DNA of 64,000 bases. Origin: an uncultured cyanobacterium (GTDB lineage: Bacteria; Cyanobacteriota; Cyanobacteriia; Cyanobacteriales; Nostocaceae). Position 1 is the stretch's first letter, and every line of letters begins with the position of its first letter. The notes below the pieces were generated by a model that did no database searches, was not told the DNA's origin, and worked only from the letters and a program-made list of their open reading frames with translations. The translations under genes and the position numbers were made by a program. The stretch lies in contig OY970166.1 in the NCBI GenBank assembly GCA_963706595.1, positions 1,600,001-1,664,000 of the forward strand, given 5' to 3'. Positions 1-10,274 of the stretch are shown here, piece by piece.

Positions 1-3000
1 TAGGAACAGTTGACAAGCTGTTCACTTGGAAAGTAGCAATTTTTTTAGGCTGTATTGTTAAGTTTTGTTGCTCAGATGAGTTGAATTCCAACAAATCTGC
101 TTCATTCCCTAGATACAGTCCTAAATTATTCTGTAAAGATAACTCGGCTATTTCTCCGTGACATTCGTAAAAGCGCAGGATAAATTGCTGGGGGTTATCT
201 TCAGAGGGTTTGAAAGCCATTAAAATTAAATTTTTAGCTGTTAAATTCAGAAAACTTACCCCTGCGGAACTGCTGAATTTTGGGGGGTGCGTTCCTGGCT
301 GGGTAGTCAGAGGATTAATAATTACTTGTAAGGGAATATTCAACTCATAGCCACGCTTGACTGTATTGGCTTCTTCCCAGCTACCTACGTGGGGATATAA
401 GGCGTAGGTAAATTCATGGAAGCCTCTATCTGTTTCTGGGTCAGGCCAGTTAGGACTGCGTAATAATGTGAGGCGTAATTGATTCGATTTACTATCATAA
501 CCATATTTACAATCATTGAGTAAACTCACACCGTAAATATTATCTGCTTCTGTTTCTCCGGTTAAATCAGCCCAACGCAAGGCGGGAACTTCCCATTTAG
601 CTTGTGCTGCTGGTGTTTGGGGTTTAGTTGGGCGACGAATTGCACCGCAAGGAATTTCATAAGTTGCAAAATCTGCTTCCACATTTAAAGGAAACGCCGC
701 TTTCACCATGACCTGATTTTCTTGCCAATTTACAGTGGAGGCAATTTTCAAGATTGGTGAACCTGCTTGTAGAATATAATCTTGGCAAAATTCCGATTCA
801 CCTAATTGACGCACTACCCGAACACGATTTTGGACTAAGCCTTGTTCTAGCCATTGGATAGATTTTAGCTTTGTGGGTGGTAACGGATGTTGGGCATAAT
901 TAGGATCAATATTCCACGCATCCCAATATTGTCCACTATCTTGGAAGGCTTGGAGTTGATTACCCGCACCAGTTAGCACTTCCCGTTGTTGGGTTTTGTC
1001 AAATACACTAGATAAGTCTCCGGTGTCAGCATTGACTGTAACCCGCAGGAATTCATTTTTTAAAATCCAGTCTGGGGAAATGGGAAGTTGGGGAGTGGGA
1101 GAACTGGGGGAAATCCAAAATATACGATAGCCTACGGGTGGAATTTCCGCAGCGAGAAATACCAGTTGAGATGATTGCGATAGTTGAGAGATAATTGGCT
1201 GTCCGGAAATATCCTGGATTTGCCAATGTGGGTGAGATGAGGGTAATGTGACAGATACGATCTCAGAACGCTGCCAATTGAGAGGATTGAAAATAAATAT
1301 TGGTTGGGCTTCAGGATGGGGCGGTGGTGGTAAAATGGCTTGGGATGCGATCGCCAACAAAGACTCTTGTAAAATTTGCGTTCCCACTTGTTCCACTTGC
1401 TGCCATTCTGGGAGTGCATCCTGATAAACTTGGGTAATGGAAGAACCGGGTAAAATATCGTGAAACTGGTTAAATAAGACTTTTTTCCAAGCGGTTTCAA
1501 TTTCGGCTTGGGGATATATCGCCCCACAGCTAACAGTGGCTAAAGTGGCAAATAATTCAACTTGATATAATAAATCTTCACAACGTCGATTCCAGCGTTT
1601 TTGGTCGGCGTGGGTAGTATAGCAACCGCGATGAAATTCTAAATATAGTTCATCATTCCAGGTGGGAAGAGACCTCTCCCCCAACCCCTCTCCTACAAGG
1701 AGAGGGGAGATATTTATATTTTCATTTTCCCCAATTCCCTCTCCTACAATTCGAGGTGAGATATTTTCCCCCATTCCCTCATAGGGAAGGGGGGCTAGGG
1801 GGGTTAGGTCTGCTTTAATTTGCTGTAAATACTTTTCTGCGGTGGTAAATTCCATCTCTGGGAAAACGCTCGAATTTTGCCAGCGTCGGGCAGTTTCTAA
1901 CATATCACGAGTGGGACCGCCGCCGTGGTCGCCGACACCGGGAAGCCAGAGAGAATCTTTTAAACCGGTTTTGCTTTGCCATTCACAGGCGTATTCTGCC
2001 ATTTTTACCGGGTCAATACCTTGACCGATAAGTGCAGACATCACACTAAAAATTTCACTGCCATCAGGCGATCGCCACCAAAAAGCGTCATACTCAAACT
2101 GAGTAGTATCATTCCAGCGCAACTTCTGAGTCACAAAAAACTCAATCCCAGCATTCACAAAAAACTGGGGTAAAGTCGCACAAAAACCAAAAGTATCAGG
2201 TAGCCAAGCCACAGCAGAAACCTTACCAAACTTTTCCTTTAGATAACGCTGACCATATAATAACTGACGCACAATCGACTCACCAGAAATCAAATTCAAT
2301 TCCGGTTCCACCCACAAACCGCCCACAACCTCCCAAACCCCAGCCGCTACCTGTGCTTGAATTTTCGCAAACAAATCCGGGCGATGTTCCTCAACCCAAG
2401 CATAAAGCGCCGGAGTAGAATGACAAAAAATCAACTCAGGAAAATCAGCCTGTAACTTCAACACCGACTCAAAAGTATTTTGCGCCGCCTTCCAAGTATC
2501 ACTCACAGGCCAAAGCCATGCTAAATCCAAATGAGCATGACCCAATAAATATATCTTAGGATTTAAAACGCCGATGAACGCCGATAAACGCTGATAAAGT
2601 TCGCGCAACCCTCTTCCCTCTTCCTTGGCGTTCTTGGCGACTTGGCGGTTCGTTACTCCCCCCAAACCCTCAGCCAAATCACCCAACCTATCCGGTGCAA
2701 ACCGAGTTAAAAAAACCTGTAACACAGCCAACTCATCAGCCAAAAAGCCCGGATCAGGATTATGATCATCATAAGACTCAAAAACAAGGAGCGATCGCAC
2801 CAAAGCACCAAAATCATGACCAGGACTCACCAAACGCAAAGCCACAACAAACTCCTCACCAGGAGTCACCCCTTGACTAAGCAGCACTCTTGGCGAACAA
2901 TCAAATAAATCTCCCTCCAGCACCAACTCCCCATTCACGTAAATCTCAGCCAAATCTGCCCACCAAAGCAACGACAGGCGCAAAGACAAACCAGCCAAAG

Positions 3001-3262
3001 GATACCCCTGTAAATTTTGGGGAACCACAAATCTTTGCACCAACCAAAGCACCTTTCTGCCCCCTGTCCAAGCAATATGTTCCTTAGCATTGAGTTGGAC
3101 AAGATGCCAATCAGACAAATCAGATGTGGAAATATCAGTAATATCCCCGTCAAATTCCTGGTATAGCCAACTAGATTTCACATTAACTTGACAAAAAGAA
3201 CGCAGTTGGTCAATAGTTGCCGAGATAAATTGAGAATGTGATTGCGATATGGGCAGAGTCAT
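1..3262 (-). CDS. Alpha-mannosidase, glycoside hydrolase family 38 (runs off the left edge of the window)
   Basis: Missing from the ORF track because it is open-ended. Manual translation of several segments in one frame gives GHAHLDLAWLW, WNDELYLEFHRGC and near the end IQPKKIATF; ATG at 3262. Confidence 0.9.
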   Translation of the reverse strand, partial: MTLPISQSHSQFISATIDQLRSFCQVNVKSSWLYQEFDGDITDISTSDLSDWHLVQLNAKEHIAWTGGRKVLWLVQRFVVPQNLQGYPLAGLSLRLSLLWWADLAEIYVNGELVLEGDLFDCSPRVLLSQGVTPGEEFVVALRLVSPGHDFGALVRSLLVFESYDDHNPDPGFLADELAVLQVFLTRFAPDRLGDLAEGLGGVTNRQVAKNAKEEGRGLRELYQRLSAFIGVLNPKIYLLGHAHLDLAWLWPVSDTWKAAQNTFESVLKLQADFPELIFCHSTPALYAWVEEHRPDLFAKIQAQVAAGVWEVVGGLWVEPELNLISGESIVRQLLYGQRYLKEKFGKVSAVAWLPDTFGFCATLPQFFVNAGIEFFVTQKLRWNDTTQFEYDAFWWRSPDGSEIFSVMSALIGQGIDPVKMAEYACEWQSKTGLKDSLWLPGVGDHGGGPTRDMLETARRWQNSSVFPEMEFTTAEKYLQQIKADLTPLAPLPYEGMGENISPRIVGEGIGENENINISPLLVGEGLGERSLPTWNDELYLEFHRGCYTTHADQKRWNRRCEDLLYQVELFATLATVSCGAIYPQAEIETAWKKVLFNQFHDILPGSSITQVYQDALPEWQQVEQVGTQILQESLLAIASQAILPPPPHPEAQPIFIFNPLNWQRSEIVSVTLPSSHPHWQIQDISGQPIISQLSQSSQLVFLAAEIPPVGYRIFWISPSSPTPQLPISPDWILKNEFLRVTVNADTGDLSSVFDKTQQREVLTGAGNQLQAFQDSGQYWDAWNIDPNYAQHPLPPTKLKSIQWLEQGLVQNRVRVVRQLGESEFCQDYILQAGSPILKIASTVNWQENQVMVKAAFPLNVEADFATYEIPCGAIRRPTKPQTPAAQAKWEVPALRWADLTGETEADNIYGVSLLNDCKYGYDSKSNQLRLTLLRSPNWPDPETDRGFHEFTYALYPHVGSWEEANTVKRGYELNIPLQVIINPLTTQPGTHPPKFSSSAGVSFLNLTAKNLILMAFKPSEDNPQQFILRFYECHGEIAELSLQNNLGLYLGNEADLLEFNSSEQQNLTIQPKKIATFQVNSLSTVP

Positions 3263-3317
3263 ATTTTCGTTAAAATTATGGTTGGGCGGGAGTCTTAACA
3301 ACTAACAAATCACCATC

Positions 3318-4748
3318 ATGTCTCCTGTTTCCTCTGGCCGTTATCAAAGCAGACTACTGAACTTTGTCCACCTGCAATCTCGGCGGTTGACACAACAGTG
3401 GGATCACACCTACCGGCATTTGCAAGTTGCAACCAAGTGGGGTGTAGAATTATTACTTTACCCCGTATATCTATTATTAAATCCTACAGAATCAGCCGGT
3501 AGAACTCTAGAGGGGAAAGAACCACAACCCAGGTTAAAGTTACAACCCGAAACTCCCCCCACGGCTGATACCCCAATTCAACAAGTCTTAGAAGCAGTTA
3601 AAAGTTTACCCTCCGAGTCAGACATTGCGGAACCCCCGAAAACATCTGCCCCTTGGAAGTTTGTGGGCTTTTTGTCGTCAAAACTGTTTCGTCGTCATCC
3701 CCCGACAAAACCCTTAATTTCTGAAAATTCGCCAGAAAATATCCAGCCCTATTTGCCAGTCATGCGCGGAATTGCCACAAATTTGGTCAGCCGCAACTTG
3801 GTACTTGTCACCGCCGACAACGAAATCTTGGATATTTTGACACCCCAACAACAGGCAAAATTAGCAGACAGGATTATTTGTGCAGTTGGTAATTACTGGC
3901 ATTCTTGGCAATTAGCGGCAAATAAACCACAGAGTCAAATACTACCAAAAATTGAGCGCATTTTCACAAAAATAACTGGACAAATTTCAGTTAATATGCT
4001 CTCACTGCCTGAAGGCACAGAAAAAGATTTACTTAATACTAATAAATTAATCGCCTTCTTGGACGCATCTATTGCCAACTGGGAAAGCAAAGGTTTATTA
4101 CCAGTACAACAGCGCAGTCAAGAAATTATCCGACTTGCCCAAACTCAGCTAAATATATTTGTTTATGGTAGAGAACAAGTAGCTGCTAGAGGTAATATGT
4201 CAGTTAATGCTGATAGTCTAGAAACTCAGATATTGAATATTCCGGCTTTAATTGCAGATGCAATTAATTACTTTTTCGGTGTTAGTAAAGATCAAAAAAT
4301 TGCTCAGGGACATAGTGATGGAGAATCACAATCTAGCCTACCCCATGATCGCCGCTTCCAGAATGAGGTTTTAGCAAAGGATTCTTGGTTGAATTTCAGT
4401 GATTTATTTGGTAACTCCCAGATTTCATCGGCAAACCGCAGTGAAAGTAAACCCAAAGCCAAATCTGGTTGGTTGCAAAAGTCAAAATCTAGCCCCCAAC
4501 TCGCCCCGACTGCCAAAAAATTGGGAAAACTCTCTGAAAACCTGAATTCCCAAGCTATAACTAAGAATCGCCACCGTAGCCAAGTGGAAGCCCAGCCAGA
4601 CTGGATAGACGTTGAAGCAACTTTTGTCGGATATGATAAACATCCTTTAGAACAACTTCTAGAGTGGCTTGATCATGCTATACTCTGGCTTGAAGAAATA
4701 ATTGTGAAAGTTTATCAGTTTTTCCAAAGGTTATGGCGCGGTAAGTGA
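3318..4748 (+). CDS. Conserved cyanobacterial hypothetical protein
   Basis: 476-aa ORF with GRYQSRLLNF N-terminus and HPLEQLLEWLD C-terminus typical of cyanobacterial hypotheticals. Confidence 0.8.
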   Translation: MSPVSSGRYQSRLLNFVHLQSRRLTQQWDHTYRHLQVATKWGVELLLYPVYLLLNPTESAGRTLEGKEPQPRLKLQPETPPTADTPIQQVLEAVKSLPSESDIAEPPKTSAPWKFVGFLSSKLFRRHPPTKPLISENSPENIQPYLPVMRGIATNLVSRNLVLVTADNEILDILTPQQQAKLADRIICAVGNYWHSWQLAANKPQSQILPKIERIFTKITGQISVNMLSLPEGTEKDLLNTNKLIAFLDASIANWESKGLLPVQQRSQEIIRLAQTQLNIFVYGREQVAARGNMSVNADSLETQILNIPALIADAINYFFGVSKDQKIAQGHSDGESQSSLPHDRRFQNEVLAKDSWLNFSDLFGNSQISSANRSESKPKAKSGWLQKSKSSPQLAPTAKKLGKLSENLNSQAITKNRHRSQVEAQPDWIDVEATFVGYDKHPLEQLLEWLDHAILWLEEIIVKVYQFFQRLWRGK

Positions 4749-4874
4749 GATTAAACTGACAAAGATTTAATTTGTTGCCACAAATCGGCATGATAGTTAC
4801 TATAATTAATTCTTATGTTTCAAACTTGGATGTTTGAAGTGAATTTTTTTTAGTACTATTGGTGGTTTTTTTCC

Positions 4875-5171
4875 GTGAAAATTATTGTCTACTGTAAATA
4901 CTTCAATTTTAAAAATCCACTAGATAAACCGAAACAGGAAACATTTGTGGTGAATTTACCGCAAATTCCCAAGATTGGAGAAACAATTGTACTTGAAAGA
5001 ATTTCCCCCCAGAAAGAGTTTGTGATAATTTTTGAGTACATTGTCACAGCCGTGCAGTTTAATGCTTCGAGGGAATTGAATGATGCGGCTGATGCTCAAA
5101 TTAGTGCATCTTTGAACCACTGTTGGGAAGGGACATCAAATTTTAAAGTGGATAACTTTTTGGAAAAATAA
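4875..5171 (+). CDS. Hypothetical protein
   Basis: 98-aa ORF occupying the intergenic space. Confidence 0.55.
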   Translation: MKIIVYCKYFNFKNPLDKPKQETFVVNLPQIPKIGETIVLERISPQKEFVIIFEYIVTAVQFNASRELNDAADAQISASLNHCWEGTSNFKVDNFLEK

Positions 5172-5418
5172 TAGCAGTAAGTAAGTGAGCGAAGGAAGCT
5201 TGAATTGTTGACGGTGCGTTGCGCTACGCGACAACACACCCTACATTAAAATTTCTTAACATATCTGGAAATATTAGTGCTGGCTTACTTTCCTTCTTCC
5301 TTCTTCCTTCGTGGTTCGTTCCTCTTACATAAAGAAGACGCGATAAATCGCGTCTCTACAAGTATCGTTCAATTAATTAACCACAGATAAACACAGATAT
5401 AAGCTGGAATTTTTGCTA

Positions 5419-6444
5419 TTACCACAAAATATGATTGAGAAAATGACGAAAAAGCTTGAGTCCTTGTGGTTCTTGATAATTACTTGGTAAAAGATTCAGC
5501 ATGGCGTTTTTTAATATCTCCAAAGCTGTATCTACTTCCTGGCGCTTGATTCTCGAAGTTTGAGCAAAATATAATGGTTCCCCAAAGCGCACAGTTAACT
5601 CTTTGCCTAAATAAAGGTCATGAGTGCCAATGAGTACCACTGGTATTATCGGTACACCAGCCCGCAAAGCATAAATTACAGTTCCTCGTTTCAAGGGGAG
5701 ATGTAATTGACCTTCAGTGCTTCCTAAACGTCCTTCGGGAAATACTACGAGTCCGTCACCCTGAGACAAAATTCCCTGTACGATGCGGTCGATTTGGCGC
5801 AGCGTCTGTATATCTCCCCCTGTGCGGACATTCTCCTCAATTGCTTTGGCTAGTTCCTGGAGGTCTTGTCTTCCAGCTTTAGCCGCTTCCATCACCGCTA
5901 CTTCTTCTTTCCATATCCGTTCTAAAGGTATTACACCTCCGACTAAACGCAGGATAAAACGTTTCCACACCTTGTTATAAAGAGTACGAGCATCACCTAG
6001 AACGTAGTAGTGGGGATGGGTGGGGAGTTCGCCCAGCAGCAGCAAGGGGTCGATATGGTGGAGATGGTTAGCAGCGAGGATGGCTGGTGTTTGAGGTATC
6101 CTGTCCAGGTTTTCGATTCGTACCCGAAACAGAGTATGGATGAGCGATCGCAACACAAAACGACGTACCATAGCATGGACTCTGGTTTCTCTATGTCCCT
6201 GAGCCATAGCTTCCAGACAATGCAGAATTTCTTCTATTGTATGACGAACAGTGCGATCGCTCGCCGCCGCCACACCCTCTTCTACTCGCCCAATGGTTGT
6301 CGGAGTTAAAGCGGCTGTTTTCTCATCGGGATGAATTGGGGAAGTTACCTCATCAGCTCGGTCTTCGGGAAAAGATTCGTTAGAAGAACTTTTGATAAAA
6401 CCCTCTTTGAATTCATGAATATATGATAATTGTTCATGGCACAA
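5419..6444 (-). CDS. Lysophospholipid / 1-acyl-sn-glycerol-3-phosphate acyltransferase (PlsC family)
   Basis: NHLHHID (NHxxxxD) and FPEGR motifs; start codon uncertain. Confidence 0.85.
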   Translation of the reverse strand: MCHEQLSYIHEFKEGFIKSSSNESFPEDRADEVTSPIHPDEKTAALTPTTIGRVEEGVAAASDRTVRHTIEEILHCLEAMAQGHRETRVHAMVRRFVLRSLIHTLFRVRIENLDRIPQTPAILAANHLHHIDPLLLLGELPTHPHYYVLGDARTLYNKVWKRFILRLVGGVIPLERIWKEEVAVMEAAKAGRQDLQELAKAIEENVRTGGDIQTLRQIDRIVQGILSQGDGLVVFPEGRLGSTEGQLHLPLKRGTVIYALRAGVPIIPVVLIGTHDLYLGKELTVRFGEPLYFAQTSRIKRQEVDTALEILKNAMLNLLPSNYQEPQGLKLFRHFLNHILW

Positions 6445-6588
6445 TCAAGGACTAACCGCCAGTTAGAAGGTTTTAAGCATCAATTACTCGTATCATCTGC
6501 GACAGAGTTAGAGTTAGAGTTAGAGTTAGAACGATAATTACAAGATTGTATTTTAATTAGAGTAGTGTATGAGTAAGGATTACAAAAA

Positions 6589-6933
6589 GTGCAAGTTCTA
6601 AAAAGAGCCATCAAACCACAACCCTATATATCGTTCCTCCACATCTACCCAACGACGTGGGGGACTGCTGGTGATATTTGTTTAGTCCGTAAATCTGTAG
6701 CTGATGAGAGTGTATCCAAGTTCGTAGGTTACAAACTCCAGCTAGTGATTCCCAAAGGGATGGAACGCAATCAATTGGCGGGTGTTCCCGTCATCAAAGT
6801 TGCAGGTCATGTCGGTGATGGACATCCTAAAGACCAGCATTCGGAATGGGAGGCTTATGAAGGTATAGATAGAGAACTAGCACTTGCGGCTATGAAACCT
6901 TGGGGCTTCAAGTTAATTGAGTTGACGAATTAA
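6589..6933 (+). CDS. Conserved cyanobacterial hypothetical protein
   Basis: 114-aa ORF with a GTG start preceded by AAGGA. Confidence 0.7.
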   Translation: MQVLKRAIKPQPYISFLHIYPTTWGTAGDICLVRKSVADESVSKFVGYKLQLVIPKGMERNQLAGVPVIKVAGHVGDGHPKDQHSEWEAYEGIDRELALAAMKPWGFKLIELTN

Positions 6934-7042
6934 CCCCCAATCACCAGAAAATTCAGGTTTTTAACCCGCCTGCGCGGGTTTTGCCTGTATTGCCTAATGA
7001 CCTGCGTTTGGTGTAGAACACAGCATATCTGATTTCATCTAA

Positions 7043-7215
7043 GAGGATGTTTTAAAAGTTTTGGGCGAATATAATTCGCTACTACACAGGCAAAGTCCAC
7101 CTACGTGGACTAATGAAGAATTAAGGTTTTTAACCCACGCAGGTGGGTTTCGTCTGTGTAGCCGCGACTTCTAGTCGCCAGGGTTAGTAATAAATTAGAC
7201 TTTTGAAACAACCTC
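7043..7215. mobile_element. MITE family A, copy 1
   Basis: Terminal inverted repeats GAGGATGTTTTAAAAGT / ACTTTTGAAACAACCTC with TAA on both sides; near-identical copies at 21763 and 44380. Confidence 0.8.
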
Positions 7216-7239
7216 TAAATCATGTACATAAGATTGGCA

Positions 7240-7563
7240 TTACGAATTATTAGAAAAATAAGTTGCTGATGTTTGAGCATTTTTTGCAACCACAACAGGT
7301 TCTCCCTTGACTGCGCCATGAGTCAGAGTACAAATCTTATAGAGGGTTTCACAGTCAAATATTGCCAAAACTAGCTCTTTACCAGTTAGATATGAGGATG
7401 GTAACGGTTTACCTACCTCACATTTCACATTCATGCCATTATCCAGCCAGTGTAACTGCCAAATCCGCTTTTGGGTGATTGGTGCTTGGGCAAATTTAGC
7501 AATAGCACTATAAACATCTTCGGCTCTAGTATGGTCATTGGCGGCGGGAATAAAAAATTTCAT
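7240..7563 (-). CDS. Hypothetical protein
   Basis: 107-aa ORF directly downstream of the SDR gene on the same strand. Confidence 0.7.
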   Translation of the reverse strand: MKFFIPAANDHTRAEDVYSAIAKFAQAPITQKRIWQLHWLDNGMNVKCEVGKPLPSSYLTGKELVLAIFDCETLYKICTLTHGAVKGEPVVVAKNAQTSATYFSNNS

Positions 7564-7595
7564 CGGCTTTGGTTTTTAGTATTAATTAATCTCAG

Positions 7596-8375
7596 CTACC
7601 AAGGTAACTTACTTCCATCCCACGAGAAAAATTTTCCACTATCACCGTCTTGAAGTTGGTCAATTACAGACAGCAATTGAGTTACACAAAGTTCGACTGA
7701 AAATAGCTTTTCCGGTGGTACGTTTTTCTGGAATGGACGCGATAGACGTGTATCTGTTGTTCCAGGATGTAAAGTTACTATTAATGTTTTCGGACAGCTT
7801 CTGCCATACTCAATTGCTGCTGTTCGCATAAACATATTGAGTGCCGTTTTAGAAGCCCGATAGCCATACCAGCCACCGATTTCGTTGTCGCCAATACTAG
7901 CCAATTTAGCAGAAATACTAGCAAAAACGCTATTTTCACTATGGCGAAATAAAGGTAATAAGTGTTTAGCTAGTAAAATAGATCCAATACTGTTAATTTG
8001 GAAGTAACGCAGCAAATTTTCCGAATTAATCTGTCTTAAACTTTTTTCAGGTTGGAAAGTGTCGTCATGCAATATTCCCACACAATTAATCACTAAATGT
8101 AACTTGTTGACTTCATTTTTAATGCGTTGGATAACTTCAGCAATTTGCGATTCTTCCGTAATATCCAAAGATAAACAAACTAATTTATCAAAATATTTAT
8201 TTTCTAAAGAAATTAATTCATCGGCTGATTCCAGTTGACGATAAGTTGCATAAACTTTGGCAATTCTATCATCTTGAAGCAGTTTTTTCACAAAACCTAA
8301 GCCGATACCTTGACTAGCACCAATAATCAAGGCGTTAGCAGAATTAAGAGTATTTCCAAAAGCCATATATTTCAT
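7596..8375 (-). CDS. Short-chain dehydrogenase/reductase (C-factor/CsgA-like)
   Basis: GASQGIG Rossmann motif, YRASK catalytic YxxxK, LHPGTTDT. Confidence 0.9.
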   Translation of the reverse strand: MKYMAFGNTLNSANALIIGASQGIGLGFVKKLLQDDRIAKVYATYRQLESADELISLENKYFDKLVCLSLDITEESQIAEVIQRIKNEVNKLHLVINCVGILHDDTFQPEKSLRQINSENLLRYFQINSIGSILLAKHLLPLFRHSENSVFASISAKLASIGDNEIGGWYGYRASKTALNMFMRTAAIEYGRSCPKTLIVTLHPGTTDTRLSRPFQKNVPPEKLFSVELCVTQLLSVIDQLQDGDSGKFFSWDGSKLPW

Positions 8376-8466
8376 CTTTGATAAAAGATTATAACATTTT
8401 CTAGTCTAATAAATTACAAAATTATCTGCGTTTATCTGCGTCCATCTGCGTTTAATTATTACTACT

Positions 8467-9858
8467 TTATTTACCAATACAAAATCTACTAAAAATCCGA
8501 TCAAGTACAGATTCAGTAACCTGCTCTCCAGTTATTTCTCCTAACGCTTGAATTGCACCACGTAAATCAATTGTCCAGAAATCAAGGGGTAATTGATCTG
8601 CAATTGTAACTTGTACTTGTTCTAGAGATATTTTAGCTTGAGTTAAGGCTGCTGCTTGCCTTTGGTTAATTGCTAAATCCATATCAGCAGCTTGCACTTT
8701 CCCCGTTTGCACAATGTTTAAAATTGCCGTTTCCAAAGCATCAATACCTTGATTTTCTGCCGCTACTGTGGTAACAATTTGGTTAATGTTTTGGGGATAT
8801 TTCAAACCAATATTAAAGGGTGTTTCTATTAGGTCAATTTTATTAATGACTAGAATTAAGGGGCGGTGTTGGACTTGTTGATAAATTTCCTGGTCAGCTT
8901 CAGTCCATCCTACTGATGCGTCAATAGTTAATAATACTAAATCAGCTGCATTTGCCGCACGACGCGATCGCTCTACGCCGATTTTTTCTACTTGGTCTAC
9001 TGTTTCCCGAATTCCGGCTGTATCTAGCACCTGCACAGGAATTCCCCCGACAACCAGCTGAGACTCCACCACATCGCGGGTTGTCCCTGGTAAATCAGTC
9101 ACAATGGCGCGATCGCTCTGACTCCAAGCATTTAATAAACTGGATTTACCGACATTTGGTCGTCCCACAATTGCCACTTTTAACCCAGTTCGCAGCAGTT
9201 CGCCTTTATCCTTTGTGGCTAAAAATCTGCTAATTTCTGCGGCAACGTGATCAATATCTGATATGATGGCTTCATGATCCAACGGAGGTAAGTCTTCCTC
9301 AAAGTCAATTCGAGCTTCAATCTCTGCCAAAATATCCAAACAGTTAGCGCGTAACTGCCGAATGGGAGATGCTAATTTTCCCTGTAAACCAGCTAAAGCC
9401 GTTTGAGCAGCTTGGGGCGATCGCGCACCCACTAAATCAGCAATGCTTTCAGATTGGGTTAAATCCAGCCGTCCATTCAAAAAGGCTCGGAGCGTAAATT
9501 CACCCGGTTGAGCAAGCCTAGCGCCCTGTTCTAGACACAATTGTAAGACCTGCTGCACTGCCATAATTCCGCCGTGACAATGGAATTCTACCACATCTTC
9601 ACGAGTGTAAGAACGGGGAGCTTGCATGATTAATAACAGCGCTTCATCCACCAATGCTTGTGTCTGGGGATGGCGGATATAACCGTAAAGGACACGGTGA
9701 CTTTCCCAAACTTGCTGCCCAGGGGCGGAAAATAGAGCTTGTGCGATCGCCATTGCTTGGGAACCAGACACCCGTACAATACTAACGCTACCCTGTTGGG
9801 GAATTACAGCCGTTGCGATCGCGGCGATGGTTCCAGTAATAGCTAAGAGTTCCGACAT
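8467..9858 (-). CDS. mnmE: tRNA uridine-34 modification GTPase MnmE
   Basis: [23 protein letters not shown]-terminal FCIGK. Confidence 0.97.
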   Translation of the reverse strand: MSELLAITGTIAAIATAVIPQQGSVSIVRVSGSQAMAIAQALFSAPGQQVWESHRVLYGYIRHPQTQALVDEALLLIMQAPRSYTREDVVEFHCHGGIMAVQQVLQLCLEQGARLAQPGEFTLRAFLNGRLDLTQSESIADLVGARSPQAAQTALAGLQGKLASPIRQLRANCLDILAEIEARIDFEEDLPPLDHEAIISDIDHVAAEISRFLATKDKGELLRTGLKVAIVGRPNVGKSSLLNAWSQSDRAIVTDLPGTTRDVVESQLVVGGIPVQVLDTAGIRETVDQVEKIGVERSRRAANAADLVLLTIDASVGWTEADQEIYQQVQHRPLILVINKIDLIETPFNIGLKYPQNINQIVTTVAAENQGIDALETAILNIVQTGKVQAADMDLAINQRQAAALTQAKISLEQVQVTIADQLPLDFWTIDLRGAIQALGEITGEQVTESVLDRIFSRFCIGK

Positions 9859-10008
9859 GAGCGCCCTTGTTAGCAAAACATTTCATATATATGCTATTAG
9901 CGTAGCAGCAGTTTTATCATAGTCAATTAAGGAGACTTGATATTAAGAGTAGAGATTTACAGTATCAATCACAACTCTTAACTCATATTTTAAAGAGAGG
10001 AACTCACT

Positions 10009-10209
10009 GTGGAACAACAAATTGATTGCACTCAAGCCTGCGTAAACGGCTGTATATTAGGGGATAAATGCCCCCATATTGAGTTTAGAGAAGCCACGAG
10101 CAAATTTATCGAAGAGACTTCTTTAGACCAAATGCTGACGATGGCAGAAGAACGCTTGCGGAAAAAAATGACCGAACCACCAAAATGGGTTTTACCCGAA
10201 GACTTATAA
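10009..10209 (+). CDS. Small conserved hypothetical protein (Cys-rich N-terminus)
   Basis: 66-aa ORF with RBS GAGG and CTQACVNGC..CP motif. Confidence 0.7.
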   Translation: MEQQIDCTQACVNGCILGDKCPHIEFREATSKFIEETSLDQMLTMAEERLRKKMTEPPKWVLPEDL

Positions 10210-10226
10210 AAATTCTACATTCTTTC

Positions 10227-10265
10227 TCCCCTCCTCGCTTGCGGGGAGGGGCTGGGGGTGGGGTT
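10227..10265. repeat. Dispersed GC-rich hairpin repeat CCCCTCCTCGCTTGCGGGGAGGGG.TGGGGGTGGGGTT
   Basis: Further copies near 12045, 17555, 27695, 32440, 35810, 52140, 58865 and 62340, mostly at gene 3' ends or inside MITEs. Confidence 0.8.
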
Positions 10266-10274
10266 CCATATTTT

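Noticed and set aside
1132..3153. Short ORFs from the track in 1.1-3.2 kb
   Set aside because: Shadow or alternate frames of the alpha-mannosidase CDS
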